Below are positions 49,830 to 58,804 of a DNA stretch of 64,000 nucleotides, piece after piece; the first letter of the stretch is position 1, and the number at the start of each line of letters is the position of its first letter. A program made the position numbers and the translations under genes. Below the pieces are notes generated by a model that searched no databases, was not told the DNA's origin, and saw nothing but the letters and a program-made list of their open reading frames with translations. The stretch covers positions 3,840,001 through 3,904,000 of the forward strand of contig CAWAIF010000003.1 in assembly GCA_963782055.1 (NCBI GenBank), in the 5' to 3' direction. This stretch comes from an uncultured delta proteobacterium. GTDB taxonomy: Bacteria > Myxococcota_A > Polyangia > Polyangiales > Polyangiaceae.

Positions 49830-52076
49830 TCAGGGCTCCTTGGGCTTGACGTAGATCTCCTTCACGCGCGACCGCGCGGCGTTGAAGGCGTCCAGCACCG
49901 GCTTCATGCGGTCGGCGTCGCCGGAGAGATCGTTCGCCTCGGCGGGGTCGCTCTTCAGGTCGTAGAGCTGGTAGTTGCGGCCCCCGGAGTAGATGAGCTT
50001 CATGCCGGGCGTGTCCCCGGTGATGATGGCCTTGCGCATGTGCGTGTACGGGCCGTCGGGCATGTCGACGTAGACGTCGCGCTCGACGAAGGGCGGCTTG
50101 CCCAGCACATCGGGGATGAGGCTCTGGCCGGACAGCTCGCCCAGCAGCGGCCGGTCCATGCCCATGAGATCCATGATGGTGGGCACCAGATCGATCTGGC
50201 TGCGCTTCTCCGGCACGTGGTGCGGCGTGGCGCCGGGCACGTACACCAGGAAGGGCACGTGGATCAGACACTGCCAGATCTCGAAGCCGTGCCAGCTCAT
50301 GTGGTGCTCGCCGAACGCCTCGCCGTGATCCGCGGTGACGATGATGGCGGTGTGCTTCCCCCAGGGCTGGCTCGCCACGTAGTCGAGCACGCGCCCCAGG
50401 TGGTGATCGGTGAACCACACCTCGCCGTCGTAGAGCGCGCGCGTCGGGCCCACGCCGTCGCCGCTCATGTCCGGCGCCTCCTTGTGCGGCATGTACTGGG
50501 CGTGCGGGTCGAAGTAGTGCAGCCACATGAAGAAGCGGCCGCCGGTGTTGGCGGGGTCGCGCAGCAGCTTGAGCGCGGTGTCGGAGAGCTGCGCGCTGGT
50601 GATGGAGGTGTCGCTCTCCCCCTGCCCGGCCCCGGGCTTCGCCGACATGTCCCAGTCGTCCATGCCCTGCGACATGCCGCTCCACGGGGAGAAGTACCAG
50701 TGGGAGGCCGCGCCCATGGTGCGGATGCCCGCGGCCTGGAGCCGCTCGGCGACGAAGACGTTCGACCCGAAGTAGGTGTTGAAGTGCGCGCCGTCGCGCG
50801 CGGTCTCGCTGGGGTACTTGCCGATGAGCATCGGCGCGACGCTCTTGCTGGTGTACGAGGCCATCGAGTACATCGCGTCGAAGACCACACCCTTCGCGGC
50901 CAGCGCGTCCAGGTTGGGGGTGGTGGGCTTCTTCCACCCCATGAAGCCGACGTCCGGTCGCAGGGTGTCCACCGTGATCAGGATGAGGCTCAGCCCCTTC
51001 GGCACGCGCTCCTCCGGCGTGAGCGGCGCGGGCGGCGGCGGCGGCTTCGGAGCGGGGGTGTCGGCGCCGGAGCAGTCCTCGTCGATGCCGTTGCCGGGCA
51101 CGTCCACCGCCGTCGGCGATATCGACGCGTCGTCGTCGTCGCAGTCTCCGCCGCCGAAGAGCGGCGACGCGCCGTCGTGATCGCGGTCGGTGGCGCGGCG
51201 CAGCCCGTGGAGGGCGATGCGCCCGAGGGGCGCCTTGTCGATGGCGCGCAAGGTGGCCGCCGCGTCGTTGAGCGCGCGCGCTTGCTGGTAGGTCAGCGCC
51301 GGCATCGCGAGCACGACGAGCGCCGCGACGACGAGCCACGGCAGGCGGACGAGCCGCGAGGCGAAGGCGACCGGCGCCAGGTACGCGCAGAAGGCGAGCG
51401 CGAGCAGGTCCACCACCGGGCGCAGGTCCAGCTCGGCCCGGGTGAGCACGCCGAAGACGGAGAGCGCGCCGGGGCCGTCCCCGCCGGCGTCGCCGGTGTG
51501 CGCGCCGAGCGCGAGGACGCCGCACGCGATGACCAGCGCCACGCCGAAGGTGGTGGGCGGGTCCACCAGCCTGGGGAAGCGGTCCGCGCCGCGAGCGAGG
51601 GCGCGCCGGAGCGGAGAGAGCAGCGCCAGCACCAGCGCGGCGGCGACCAGGAGGATGCCCGCGGAGGAGGCGGCCATCTCGACGCCGACGGGGCGCGCCT
51701 TGCCGCTCGCCAGGAGGTGCCGCGCCATCTGCGCCGCCGCCACGGTCGCGCCGAGCGCGCCGAACACGACGAGCGGCGCCAGCGCGGCGGTGCGCGAGCG
51801 CGCCAGCAGCGGCTCGGCGCGCACGGCGGCGACGATCTCCGAGGGCGCGCGGGGCGCCTGCGGCTGGAGGTAGAGCATGAGCAGGCCGACGGCGACGCCC
51901 ACCACGAGGCCCACGGGCACGAGCAGCCCGAAGTCGGCGCCGAAGACGCCGGCATAGGTCGCGCCGCGGGCGGCGGCCTCGCGGACGGCCTCGCGTCCCT
52001 CGACGAGGGCGACGAGCCCGGCACCGAAGAGGCCACCGAGGCACGAGAAGAGCACGCGCGCGAGCGCCCGTTTCAC
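49830..52076 (-). CDS. Membrane-anchored sulfatase / alkaline-phosphatase-superfamily enzyme with a MopE-like metal-binding motif
   Basis: Multi-TM N-terminus, DRDHDG...DCDDDD...PGNGIDEDCSG, ILITVDTLRPD, HYFDPH and TADHGE. Confidence 0.85.
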   Translation of the reverse strand: MKRALARVLFSCLGGLFGAGLVALVEGREAVREAAARGATYAGVFGADFGLLVPVGLVVGVAVGLLMLYLQPQAPRAPSEIVAAVRAEPLLARSRTAALAPLVVFGALGATVAAAQMARHLLASGKARPVGVEMAASSAGILLVAAALVLALLSPLRRALARGADRFPRLVDPPTTFGVALVIACGVLALGAHTGDAGGDGPGALSVFGVLTRAELDLRPVVDLLALAFCAYLAPVAFASRLVRLPWLVVAALVVLAMPALTYQQARALNDAAATLRAIDKAPLGRIALHGLRRATDRDHDGASPLFGGGDCDDDDASISPTAVDVPGNGIDEDCSGADTPAPKPPPPPAPLTPEERVPKGLSLILITVDTLRPDVGFMGWKKPTTPNLDALAAKGVVFDAMYSMASYTSKSVAPMLIGKYPSETARDGAHFNTYFGSNVFVAERLQAAGIRTMGAASHWYFSPWSGMSQGMDDWDMSAKPGAGQGESDTSITSAQLSDTALKLLRDPANTGGRFFMWLHYFDPHAQYMPHKEAPDMSGDGVGPTRALYDGEVWFTDHHLGRVLDYVASQPWGKHTAIIVTADHGEAFGEHHMSWHGFEIWQCLIHVPFLVYVPGATPHHVPEKRSQIDLVPTIMDLMGMDRPLLGELSGQSLIPDVLGKPPFVERDVYVDMPDGPYTHMRKAIITGDTPGMKLIYSGGRNYQLYDLKSDPAEANDLSGDADRMKPVLDAFNAARSRVKEIYVKPKEP

Positions 52077-52155
52077 GCCGCAGGTTCTAAAGCAGCATGC
52101 CCCGTTCGGCTACGTCCAAGATTTCGCAGGGGGGGCGGCTCGGGCGGCCCTGCCG

Positions 52156-53073
52156 CTACTTCCCCTTCTTGCGCGACCACCTGGCGTGTGGATGAGCGGC
52201 GTCGTAGACGCGCATGAGGTGGTCGACCGAGACGTGGGTGTAGCGCTGCGTGGTGGAGAGCGAGGCGTGCCCCAGGATCTCCTGGATGCTCCGCAGGTCG
52301 GCGCCGCCGTCGAGCAGGTGCGTGGCGCAGGTGTGGCGCAGCGCGTGGGGGTGCAGGTCGGCGCGGCCGGCGCCGAGCGCACCGTAGCGATGCACCAGAA
52401 GCTGCACCGCGCGGACGTTGAGGCGCGTGCCGCGCGGCCCGAGGAAGAGCGCCTTCGGGTCCTGGTAGCCGGTCCTGGAGTGGCGAATCTCGCCGCGGCA
52501 CGCGAGGTAGGCGGCGAGCGCCTCGCGCGCCTTGCCTCCGAGCGGCACCACGCGCTCCTTGTTGCCCTTGCCGACGACGCGCAAGCTCTCCCCGCCCAGG
52601 GCGTCGCGGTCCAGCCCGACGAGCTCGCTGACGCGCAGGCCCGACCCGTACAGCAGCTCGAGCACGGCGCGGTCGCGCGCGGCGGGGGCGTCCTCGGCCT
52701 CGGGCGCCTCCATCACCTGCGCGGCGGCGTCCACCGAGAGGAAGGTGGGCAGCGGGCGGCGCACCTTGGGGCTCGCGAGCTGCTCGGCCACGTCCACCGC
52801 GACCACGCCGCGCCTGCGGGCCCAGCGGAAGAAGGTCTTCACGCTGGAGACCATCCGGGCGACCGAGCTCGCCGCGTGGGTGCGCGAGACCGAGCCGAGC
52901 CACCCGCGGAGCAGGTAGACGTCCACGTCGCCGAGCCCCGTGTTGCCCGGGCGCCGCTCCGCCACGAAGGCCAACAGGCTGGCCAGATCGCGCCCGTACG
53001 CCGCCACCGTGTTGGGTGACGCGCGCTTCTCGCTCGTCAGGTGCGCGAGAAAGTCGCGGACGGCGGCGTGCAT
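52156..53073 (-). CDS. xerC: Tyrosine recombinase XerC
   Basis: SPNTVAAYGRDL, LLYGSGLRVSEL, GKGNKERVVP, HPHALRHTCATHLL, LGHASLSTTQRYTHV and AHP. Confidence 0.9.
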   Translation of the reverse strand: MHAAVRDFLAHLTSEKRASPNTVAAYGRDLASLLAFVAERRPGNTGLGDVDVYLLRGWLGSVSRTHAASSVARMVSSVKTFFRWARRRGVVAVDVAEQLASPKVRRPLPTFLSVDAAAQVMEAPEAEDAPAARDRAVLELLYGSGLRVSELVGLDRDALGGESLRVVGKGNKERVVPLGGKAREALAAYLACRGEIRHSRTGYQDPKALFLGPRGTRLNVRAVQLLVHRYGALGAGRADLHPHALRHTCATHLLDGGADLRSIQEILGHASLSTTQRYTHVSVDHLMRVYDAAHPHARWSRKKGK

Positions 53074-53165
53074 CCTCCCTCCAACCTAGCGCCGCGCGCC
53101 GGGAGGGGCCAAATCGCCCGGCCTCAGCCCACCCGCCCTCCGGGCCGGGCCCTCGGCGTGGCCTC

Positions 53166-54488
53166 TCAGGCGCACGCCTGGCGAAGCTGGTCCACCGTCT
53201 TGGGGATCTCCGCGGTGAGGTTCTCCGGGCCGGCCTTGGTGACCAGGATGTCGTCCTCGATGCGCACGCCGATGCCGCGCCACTCCGGCGGCACCTTGTC
53301 GTACTCCCGGCCGATGTAGATGCCCGGCTCCACCGTGAGCACCATGCCCTCTTCCAGCACGCGGGGCTTGCCGTCCACGTAGTACGAGCCGACGTCGTGC
53401 ACGTCCATGCCGAGCCAGTGGCTGGTGCGGTGCATGAAGAAGGGCTTGTAGGCCTCCTCCTTGATGAGCTTGAGCACCTCCCCCTGCAGGAGCCCCAGCT
53501 TCACCAGCCCGCGGGTGATGACGTCCACGCTCTTGTGGTGCACCTCTTCCAGCGTGGCGCCGACGCGCGTCGCGGCGATGCTCGCCTCCTGCGCGTCAAG
53601 CACGAGCTGGTAGATGGCCTCCTGCTCCTTGGTGAAGCTGCCGCTCACCGGGAAGGTGCGCGTGACGTCGCTCGCGTAGTAGCCGTACTCGCAACCGGCA
53701 TCGATGAGGAGCAGATCTCCCGGGTCCATCTTGCGGTTGTTCTGCCGGTAGTGGAGCACCGTGGCGTTGGGCCCGGAGCCGACGATGCTGCCGTAGGCCG
53801 GGCGCTCCGAACCCTCCCGCCGGAAGGTCTCCAGCAGGAGGGCCTCCACCTCGTACTCGAACATGCCGGGGCGCGTCCCTGCCATGGCGCGCAGGTGCGC
53901 GTCGCGCGTGATGCGCGCGGCGGCGCGCATGGCGTCCATGTCCTCGCCCGCCTTGAAGAGGCGCATCTCGTGGATGACGGCGCCCGGGTCGGCGATCTCC
54001 GTCGGCCAGTAGATGCCGGTGCGCGCGCGCCGGCGTGTCGCGTCCAGGGCGTCCAGGACCTTGTCGTCGAACGCGCGGTCCTTGCCCAGCCGGTAGTAGA
54101 GCTTGCGACGGTTGGAGAGGAGCTTCGGCAGCTCCTCGGCGAGATCGCCGATCTTGTACGCCTCATCCGCGCCGTAGACCGCCTTCGCGCCGTCCACGCC
54201 GGCGCGCGGACCGTCCCACACCTCGCGGTCCGGGTCGCGCTGGCGGACGAAGAGCACCGACTTGCGCTGGGCGCCATCCACCAGGAGCACGAGCACGCTC
54301 TGCGGCTCGTCGAACCCGGTGAGATAGAAGAGGTCGGAGTCCTGCCTGTACTCGTGGTCCACGTCGTTGTTGCGAACGTAGACGGGGGCAGCGGGCAGCA
54401 CCGCGACGGAGGGCTCGCCCGAGGCGGCGATGGCGTCGCCGAAGGCGGCGCGGCGGCGGGCGTAGAGCTCTGTGTGGCAGGCGTGCAT
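53166..54488 (-). CDS. pepP: Xaa-Pro aminopeptidase
   Basis: YRQDSDLFYLTGF, LHY, DAGCE...DVTRTFP, HRTSHWLGMDVHD, EPGIY and GVRIEDD. Confidence 0.95.
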   Translation of the reverse strand: MHACHTELYARRRAAFGDAIAASGEPSVAVLPAAPVYVRNNDVDHEYRQDSDLFYLTGFDEPQSVLVLLVDGAQRKSVLFVRQRDPDREVWDGPRAGVDGAKAVYGADEAYKIGDLAEELPKLLSNRRKLYYRLGKDRAFDDKVLDALDATRRRARTGIYWPTEIADPGAVIHEMRLFKAGEDMDAMRAAARITRDAHLRAMAGTRPGMFEYEVEALLLETFRREGSERPAYGSIVGSGPNATVLHYRQNNRKMDPGDLLLIDAGCEYGYYASDVTRTFPVSGSFTKEQEAIYQLVLDAQEASIAATRVGATLEEVHHKSVDVITRGLVKLGLLQGEVLKLIKEEAYKPFFMHRTSHWLGMDVHDVGSYYVDGKPRVLEEGMVLTVEPGIYIGREYDKVPPEWRGIGVRIEDDILVTKAGPENLTAEIPKTVDQLRQACA

Positions 54489-54586
54489 CGATCTTTTGTG
54501 TGTGTGCGGCCGTCCGCCGTCAAGCTCCCTTTTTCGCGACGCGCCAGAAGTTGGCCCAGCCCAGCGGGCCCGCCGACAATTCGCGC

Positions 54587-54973
54587 ATGGCCCTGGAAGA
54601 CCGCCGCCGCCGCCGCAGCCCCGACCCCCTGGTCGCGCTGCACTACCAGCTCGCCCACACGCGCCACGAGGGTGCGCTCGACACAGTGGTCGTCGCCGAC
54701 GAGGCCGGGGTGGTGGTCGCGGGCGCCGGGTCGTGGGCCGCGTGCGAGGAGCTCGCCGCCTATGCCCCGCTGCTGGCGCGGGAGTCGGACCTCGGGTCCC
54801 GCGCCCAGGCGCTGCGCCCCCACGTCACCGTGCAGGCCGTCACCATCGGCTCGGACCAGCTCCTGCTCTGCGCGCGGGCCGCGCAGAGCACCGGGGAGCT
54901 CGGCTCCCTGCGCGACGCGGCGCTCGGGCGCGCGGTGCAGGGCGTGACGCGCATCCTCTCGGTCGCGGCCTAG
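54587..54973 (+). CDS. Small Roadblock/LC7-like protein
   Basis: Helix, DTVVVADEAGVVVAG, EELAAYA helix, two strands and a C-terminal helix. Confidence 0.55.
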   Translation: MALEDRRRRRSPDPLVALHYQLAHTRHEGALDTVVVADEAGVVVAGAGSWAACEELAAYAPLLARESDLGSRAQALRPHVTVQAVTIGSDQLLLCARAAQSTGELGSLRDAALGRAVQGVTRILSVAA

Positions 54974-55193
54974 ACGTCAGCCCGCGCACGCGCCACGCCC
55001 CCTCGCCGTCAACGCGCGCACTCGCCCCCCCCGAAAAGACGCAGCGATACCGGACCTTTCGCGCCCTGCTGGACGGGGGCAGCGGAGCGCTTCTTGCTTG
55101 GCGCGGCGCGAGGCCGCGGGCGACGCGATTGGGACTGGTCGCGGACACCCGGGTGCGTGCAGAGTCGAAGGACGCGGGGGCGCGGAGGAATAC

Positions 55194-56468
55194 GTGAAAA
55201 CCCTGACCATCGGATTCTTGGCTTCGCTGCTCGTGGCGGGCGGCAGCATCGCGGCGTGTGGCGGATCGACCAGCGACAACCCGCCGGCGCCTGACGCCGG
55301 CACGACGGACGACGCGAGCGTCGACGCCGTCGACGACACCTTCGACGCGGGCGATCCGATCGACCCCAACTACCCCGCCGACCACACCGCCATCCCCCTG
55401 GTCGACTACAACGGAGGGCGCGTGCTCTCCGCCGTGAAGGTGGTCACCGTCACCTTCACCAACGACGACACGCAGATGGTCAGCGACCTGCAGAAGTTCG
55501 GCGACACCATCACATCCACCCCGTGGTGGACCGCGGTCAGCGCGGAGTACTGCGCGCAGCCGAACAACAAGCCGTGCATCGGCCCGGGCACCGCCGGGGG
55601 GCACGTGGAGGTGAGCGACACGCCGTCGGCGACCTACACCGACTCGTCGCAGGGCGGCGCGTCCACCATCCAGGACTTCATCAAGGCCAAGGTCGCCGAC
55701 AGCACCTTCCCCGCCCCCACCGACCAGACGCTCTACGCCATCTACTTCCCCACGAACGTCACCATCGACCTGGACGGCGCGCAGAGCTGCGGCAACGGCG
55801 GCTTCGGCGCCTACCACAACACCCTCATGCTGCCCGACGCCGACGGCGGCAGCATCCCGGTGGCGTACGCCATCATCCCGCGCTGCGGGAGCGAGAAGAC
55901 GACCACGGTGTCCGCCAGCCACGAGTTCATCGAGGCGGCGACGGACCCGGACGTCGGGCTCAACAGCCTCGGCTACTACATGGGCAACCAGCTCTGGGCG
56001 TTCGCCGGCGGGGAGGTGGGCGACCTCTGCGTCGACTTCACCGGCGGCAACGACACCTACGTCGAGAGCACCTTCACCGTGCAGCGGTCGTGGTCCAACG
56101 CGAGCGCCAAGGCCAGCCACGACCCCTGCGTGCCAATCCCGCAGGGCGAGGTGTACTTCAACTCCGCGCCGCGCAAAGAGACCATCATCCTGAAGAAGGT
56201 GGGAGACAAGGCGGTCGTCGACATCGACGCCTTCTCCGACGGGCCGACCTCCAACTGGAGCCTCTCGGCGGTGGACTTCGCCCAGTTCCAGGGCGGGAGC
56301 GCCGACGTCAGCTTCGCCTTCGACAAGACGAGCGTGAACAACGGCTCGCACGCGCAGCTCACCGTCACCCTCACCAAGGTGCCGGCGCAGGGACAGGACT
56401 TGTTCGGCATCGTGTCCAAGTCGGGACAGACCACCCGCTTCTGGCCGGTCCTGGTCATCTCGCAATAA
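55194..56468 (+). CDS. Secreted lipoprotein with an HExxE-type motif
   Basis: Lipobox IAAC, GAYH, ASHEFIEAATDP and GEVGDLC. SD GGAGG before the GTG. Confidence 0.75.
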   Translation: MKTLTIGFLASLLVAGGSIAACGGSTSDNPPAPDAGTTDDASVDAVDDTFDAGDPIDPNYPADHTAIPLVDYNGGRVLSAVKVVTVTFTNDDTQMVSDLQKFGDTITSTPWWTAVSAEYCAQPNNKPCIGPGTAGGHVEVSDTPSATYTDSSQGGASTIQDFIKAKVADSTFPAPTDQTLYAIYFPTNVTIDLDGAQSCGNGGFGAYHNTLMLPDADGGSIPVAYAIIPRCGSEKTTTVSASHEFIEAATDPDVGLNSLGYYMGNQLWAFAGGEVGDLCVDFTGGNDTYVESTFTVQRSWSNASAKASHDPCVPIPQGEVYFNSAPRKETIILKKVGDKAVVDIDAFSDGPTSNWSLSAVDFAQFQGGSADVSFAFDKTSVNNGSHAQLTVTLTKVPAQGQDLFGIVSKSGQTTRFWPVLVISQ

Positions 56469-56510
56469 GAGGTGGAGGAAGCTCCCCCGTGACCCCGGGC
56501 AAGGTCTAAG

Positions 56511-58559
56511 ATGCCCGCTCGGGGCATGGACACCGACTCCAGCACCACCGTGGCGTGCGAGCACGCCGACCGCTGCGGCGGATGCCCCGTCATCGGCTTG
56601 CCCTACACCGACCAGCTCGGCCTCAAGCGCGGTCGGGTCGTGCAGGCGCTCGGACGCTACCCCGCGCTCGACCTGGTCTACACCGAGCCGCTCCTCGCCG
56701 CGGAGCCGGTGGTCAGCTACCGCACCCGCGCCAAGCTGATGGTCGGCCGCGGCGGTGACGTCGGCCTCTACGCCCGGGGCGGCGGGCACCAGGTCGTCGA
56801 CATCCCCCGCTGCCGTGTGCTCTCCCCGCTCCTCTCGCGGCTGGCGGAGAGCCTGCGCGCGCGCATCCGGCAGCAGGAGGAGGACGGCGGCGCGCTCGGT
56901 CCCTTCGACGGGCAGCGCGGCGGCACGCTGCGCGCGGTGGACCTGCGTGAGGTGCGCGAGGGCGCTCACGCCAAGCCGCGCGCCCTGCTGACGCTGGTGG
57001 TGCAGCGGACGGAGGACCCGCGCATCGACGCCCTGCGCGAGGCGGCGGAGGCGCTGCGCCGCGACCACTCGGAGATCGCCGGCGTCGCGGTCAACTTCCA
57101 CGTGGGTGACACCCCGCAGGTGCTCGGCCCGCAGACGGTCCACCTCGCCGGCGTGGACGCCGCGGCCGACGCCATGGGCGCGTCGGTGCACCTGGCGACG
57201 TTCGGCTCCTTCGTCCAGGCGCACCGCGCGCAGGCGCGCCGCGTGCACGACATACTGCTCGCCGGGCTGGGCCTGGAGGGCGAGGAGAGCGCCGACCGCC
57301 CGCGGCGTGTCCTCGATCTCTACGGCGGGTCCGGGGCCATCGCTCTCGCCCTCGCGAAGGCGGGCGCGGAGGTCACCCTCGTCGAGGCCTTCGGCCCCGC
57401 GGCCGAGCTCGCGGCGCGGGCGGCCGAGCAGCAGCATCTCTCCGTCCGCGCGATCCACGCCGACACCGCCAGCGCGCTGCGCGGCCTGCGGCGCGACGGA
57501 CAGTCCTTCGACGCCATCGTCGTCAACCCGCCGAGGCGCGGGACCAGCCCGGCGGCGCGCGAGCTCATGGCACGGCTGGAGGCGACCACCATCGCCTATG
57601 TGTCGTGCGACCCGGAGACGCTCGCCCGCGACCTCGACCACCTCTCGCGCATGGGGTACCGGGCGGCGCGCCTTCAGCCGCTGGACATGATCCCCCTCAC
57701 CGACGAGGTGGAGACCGTGGCCCTGCTGCACCGGGCGCCGCCCCCGCGGCCCCACGTCGCCTTCGAGGACGAGACGGTCCTGCTCGTGGCGAAGTCGCCG
57801 CACGAGCCGACGTCACCGCAGGGCGACGAGGCCTCCTCCCTCACCGCGCGCGTGCGGCAGATCCCCGGCGCCGAGGAGGCGGTCCCGGTGCACGGGCTGG
57901 ACCCCGGCGCGAGCGGCCTGGTCCTTTACGCGCGCCGCCCGGATTTCGTCGCCCCCTGGCGCGGGGCGCTGGCCGCGGAGTCCTCCCGTCGCATCTACCT
58001 CGCCGCGGTGCGCGGCGTCACCGCCAGCAAGGGCACCGTCTCGCGCGACCTGCGCGAGGACGGACGCGTGCACTCTGCACGCACGCGCTACCGCCGCCTG
58101 GCCGTCATCGGCGGTCACTGCGTGCTTCGCGTCGTGCCCGACCAGGACCGCACCCACCAGATCCGCCGCCACCTCGCCGCCGTCGGCCACCCGGTGCTCG
58201 GCGACGACCGCTACGGCCACGGCCCCACCAACCGCTACTTCGACGAGAAGCACGGCCTGGACCGGACCTTCGTCCACTGCGTTCGCATGGAGGTGGAGCA
58301 CCCGCTCACGGGGGAGCGCATGGTGGTCGAGTCGCCGCTCCCGGGCGACCTGCGTCTGGTGCTGGAGCGAACCAGCGGCCCGGGGACGCTGCGCTTCTTG
58401 GATCACAAGCACGCGCTCGGCACCGGCGGCGTCTCCAGCGTGCCACCCGAGCCGGACTCCGGGCACGCCCGCGGAAGCGCGCTGGACGTGGACGGCGCGC
58501 CGGTCACCGTCCGGCCGGAGATCGTCGGCGACGACGACGCCGGCCCGCGCGAGGCCTAG
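56511..58559 (+). CDS. Fusion of an RlmD/TrmA-family m5U methyltransferase and an RluA-family pseudouridine synthase domain
   Basis: N-part: CEHADRCGGC, YRTRA, SFVQ, VLDLYGGSG, NPPRRG, YVSCDPETLARDL. C-part: FEDE..LLVAK, VHGLDPGASGL, RTHQIRRHLAAVGHPVLGDDRYG. Confidence 0.88.
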   Translation: MPARGMDTDSSTTVACEHADRCGGCPVIGLPYTDQLGLKRGRVVQALGRYPALDLVYTEPLLAAEPVVSYRTRAKLMVGRGGDVGLYARGGGHQVVDIPRCRVLSPLLSRLAESLRARIRQQEEDGGALGPFDGQRGGTLRAVDLREVREGAHAKPRALLTLVVQRTEDPRIDALREAAEALRRDHSEIAGVAVNFHVGDTPQVLGPQTVHLAGVDAAADAMGASVHLATFGSFVQAHRAQARRVHDILLAGLGLEGEESADRPRRVLDLYGGSGAIALALAKAGAEVTLVEAFGPAAELAARAAEQQHLSVRAIHADTASALRGLRRDGQSFDAIVVNPPRRGTSPAARELMARLEATTIAYVSCDPETLARDLDHLSRMGYRAARLQPLDMIPLTDEVETVALLHRAPPPRPHVAFEDETVLLVAKSPHEPTSPQGDEASSLTARVRQIPGAEEAVPVHGLDPGASGLVLYARRPDFVAPWRGALAAESSRRIYLAAVRGVTASKGTVSRDLREDGRVHSARTRYRRLAVIGGHCVLRVVPDQDRTHQIRRHLAAVGHPVLGDDRYGHGPTNRYFDEKHGLDRTFVHCVRMEVEHPLTGERMVVESPLPGDLRLVLERTSGPGTLRFLDHKHALGTGGVSSVPPEPDSGHARGSALDVDGAPVTVRPEIVGDDDAGPREA

Positions 58560-58804
58560 CCGTCCTCCGGGCCGAGCATGCCGTCCAGCTCGGCGGCGAG
58601 CTCCCGCGCGAGGGCGTCCAGCTCGCGTTCGCGGTCGGCCGGCGCGGCGAGCACCACGTTCCCGCCCGCCTCGGCGAAGACCTGCGCGAGGCCGTCGTGC
58701 GCCTCCACCACGCCCTTGAGCAGCACGACGTCGCGGGCGCGCACGACGAGCCGCCGCGTCACCATCCCCTCCCCCACCATCGGCGGTACGCTCCTTCGCG
58801 CCAT
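58556..58804 (-). CDS. Small protein, DUF4911-like
   Basis: VRARDVVLLKGVVEAHDGLA. The ATG overlaps the SDR stop (TGATG). Confidence 0.65.
   Translation of the reverse strand: MARRSVPPMVGEGMVTRRLVVRARDVVLLKGVVEAHDGLAQVFAEAGGNVVLAAPADRERELDALARELAAELDGMLGPEDG

Noticed and set aside
52156..53073. Tyrosine recombinase as a prophage or island integrase
   Set aside because: Size and motifs match housekeeping XerC, and there are no att repeats, phage genes or compositional shift nearby.
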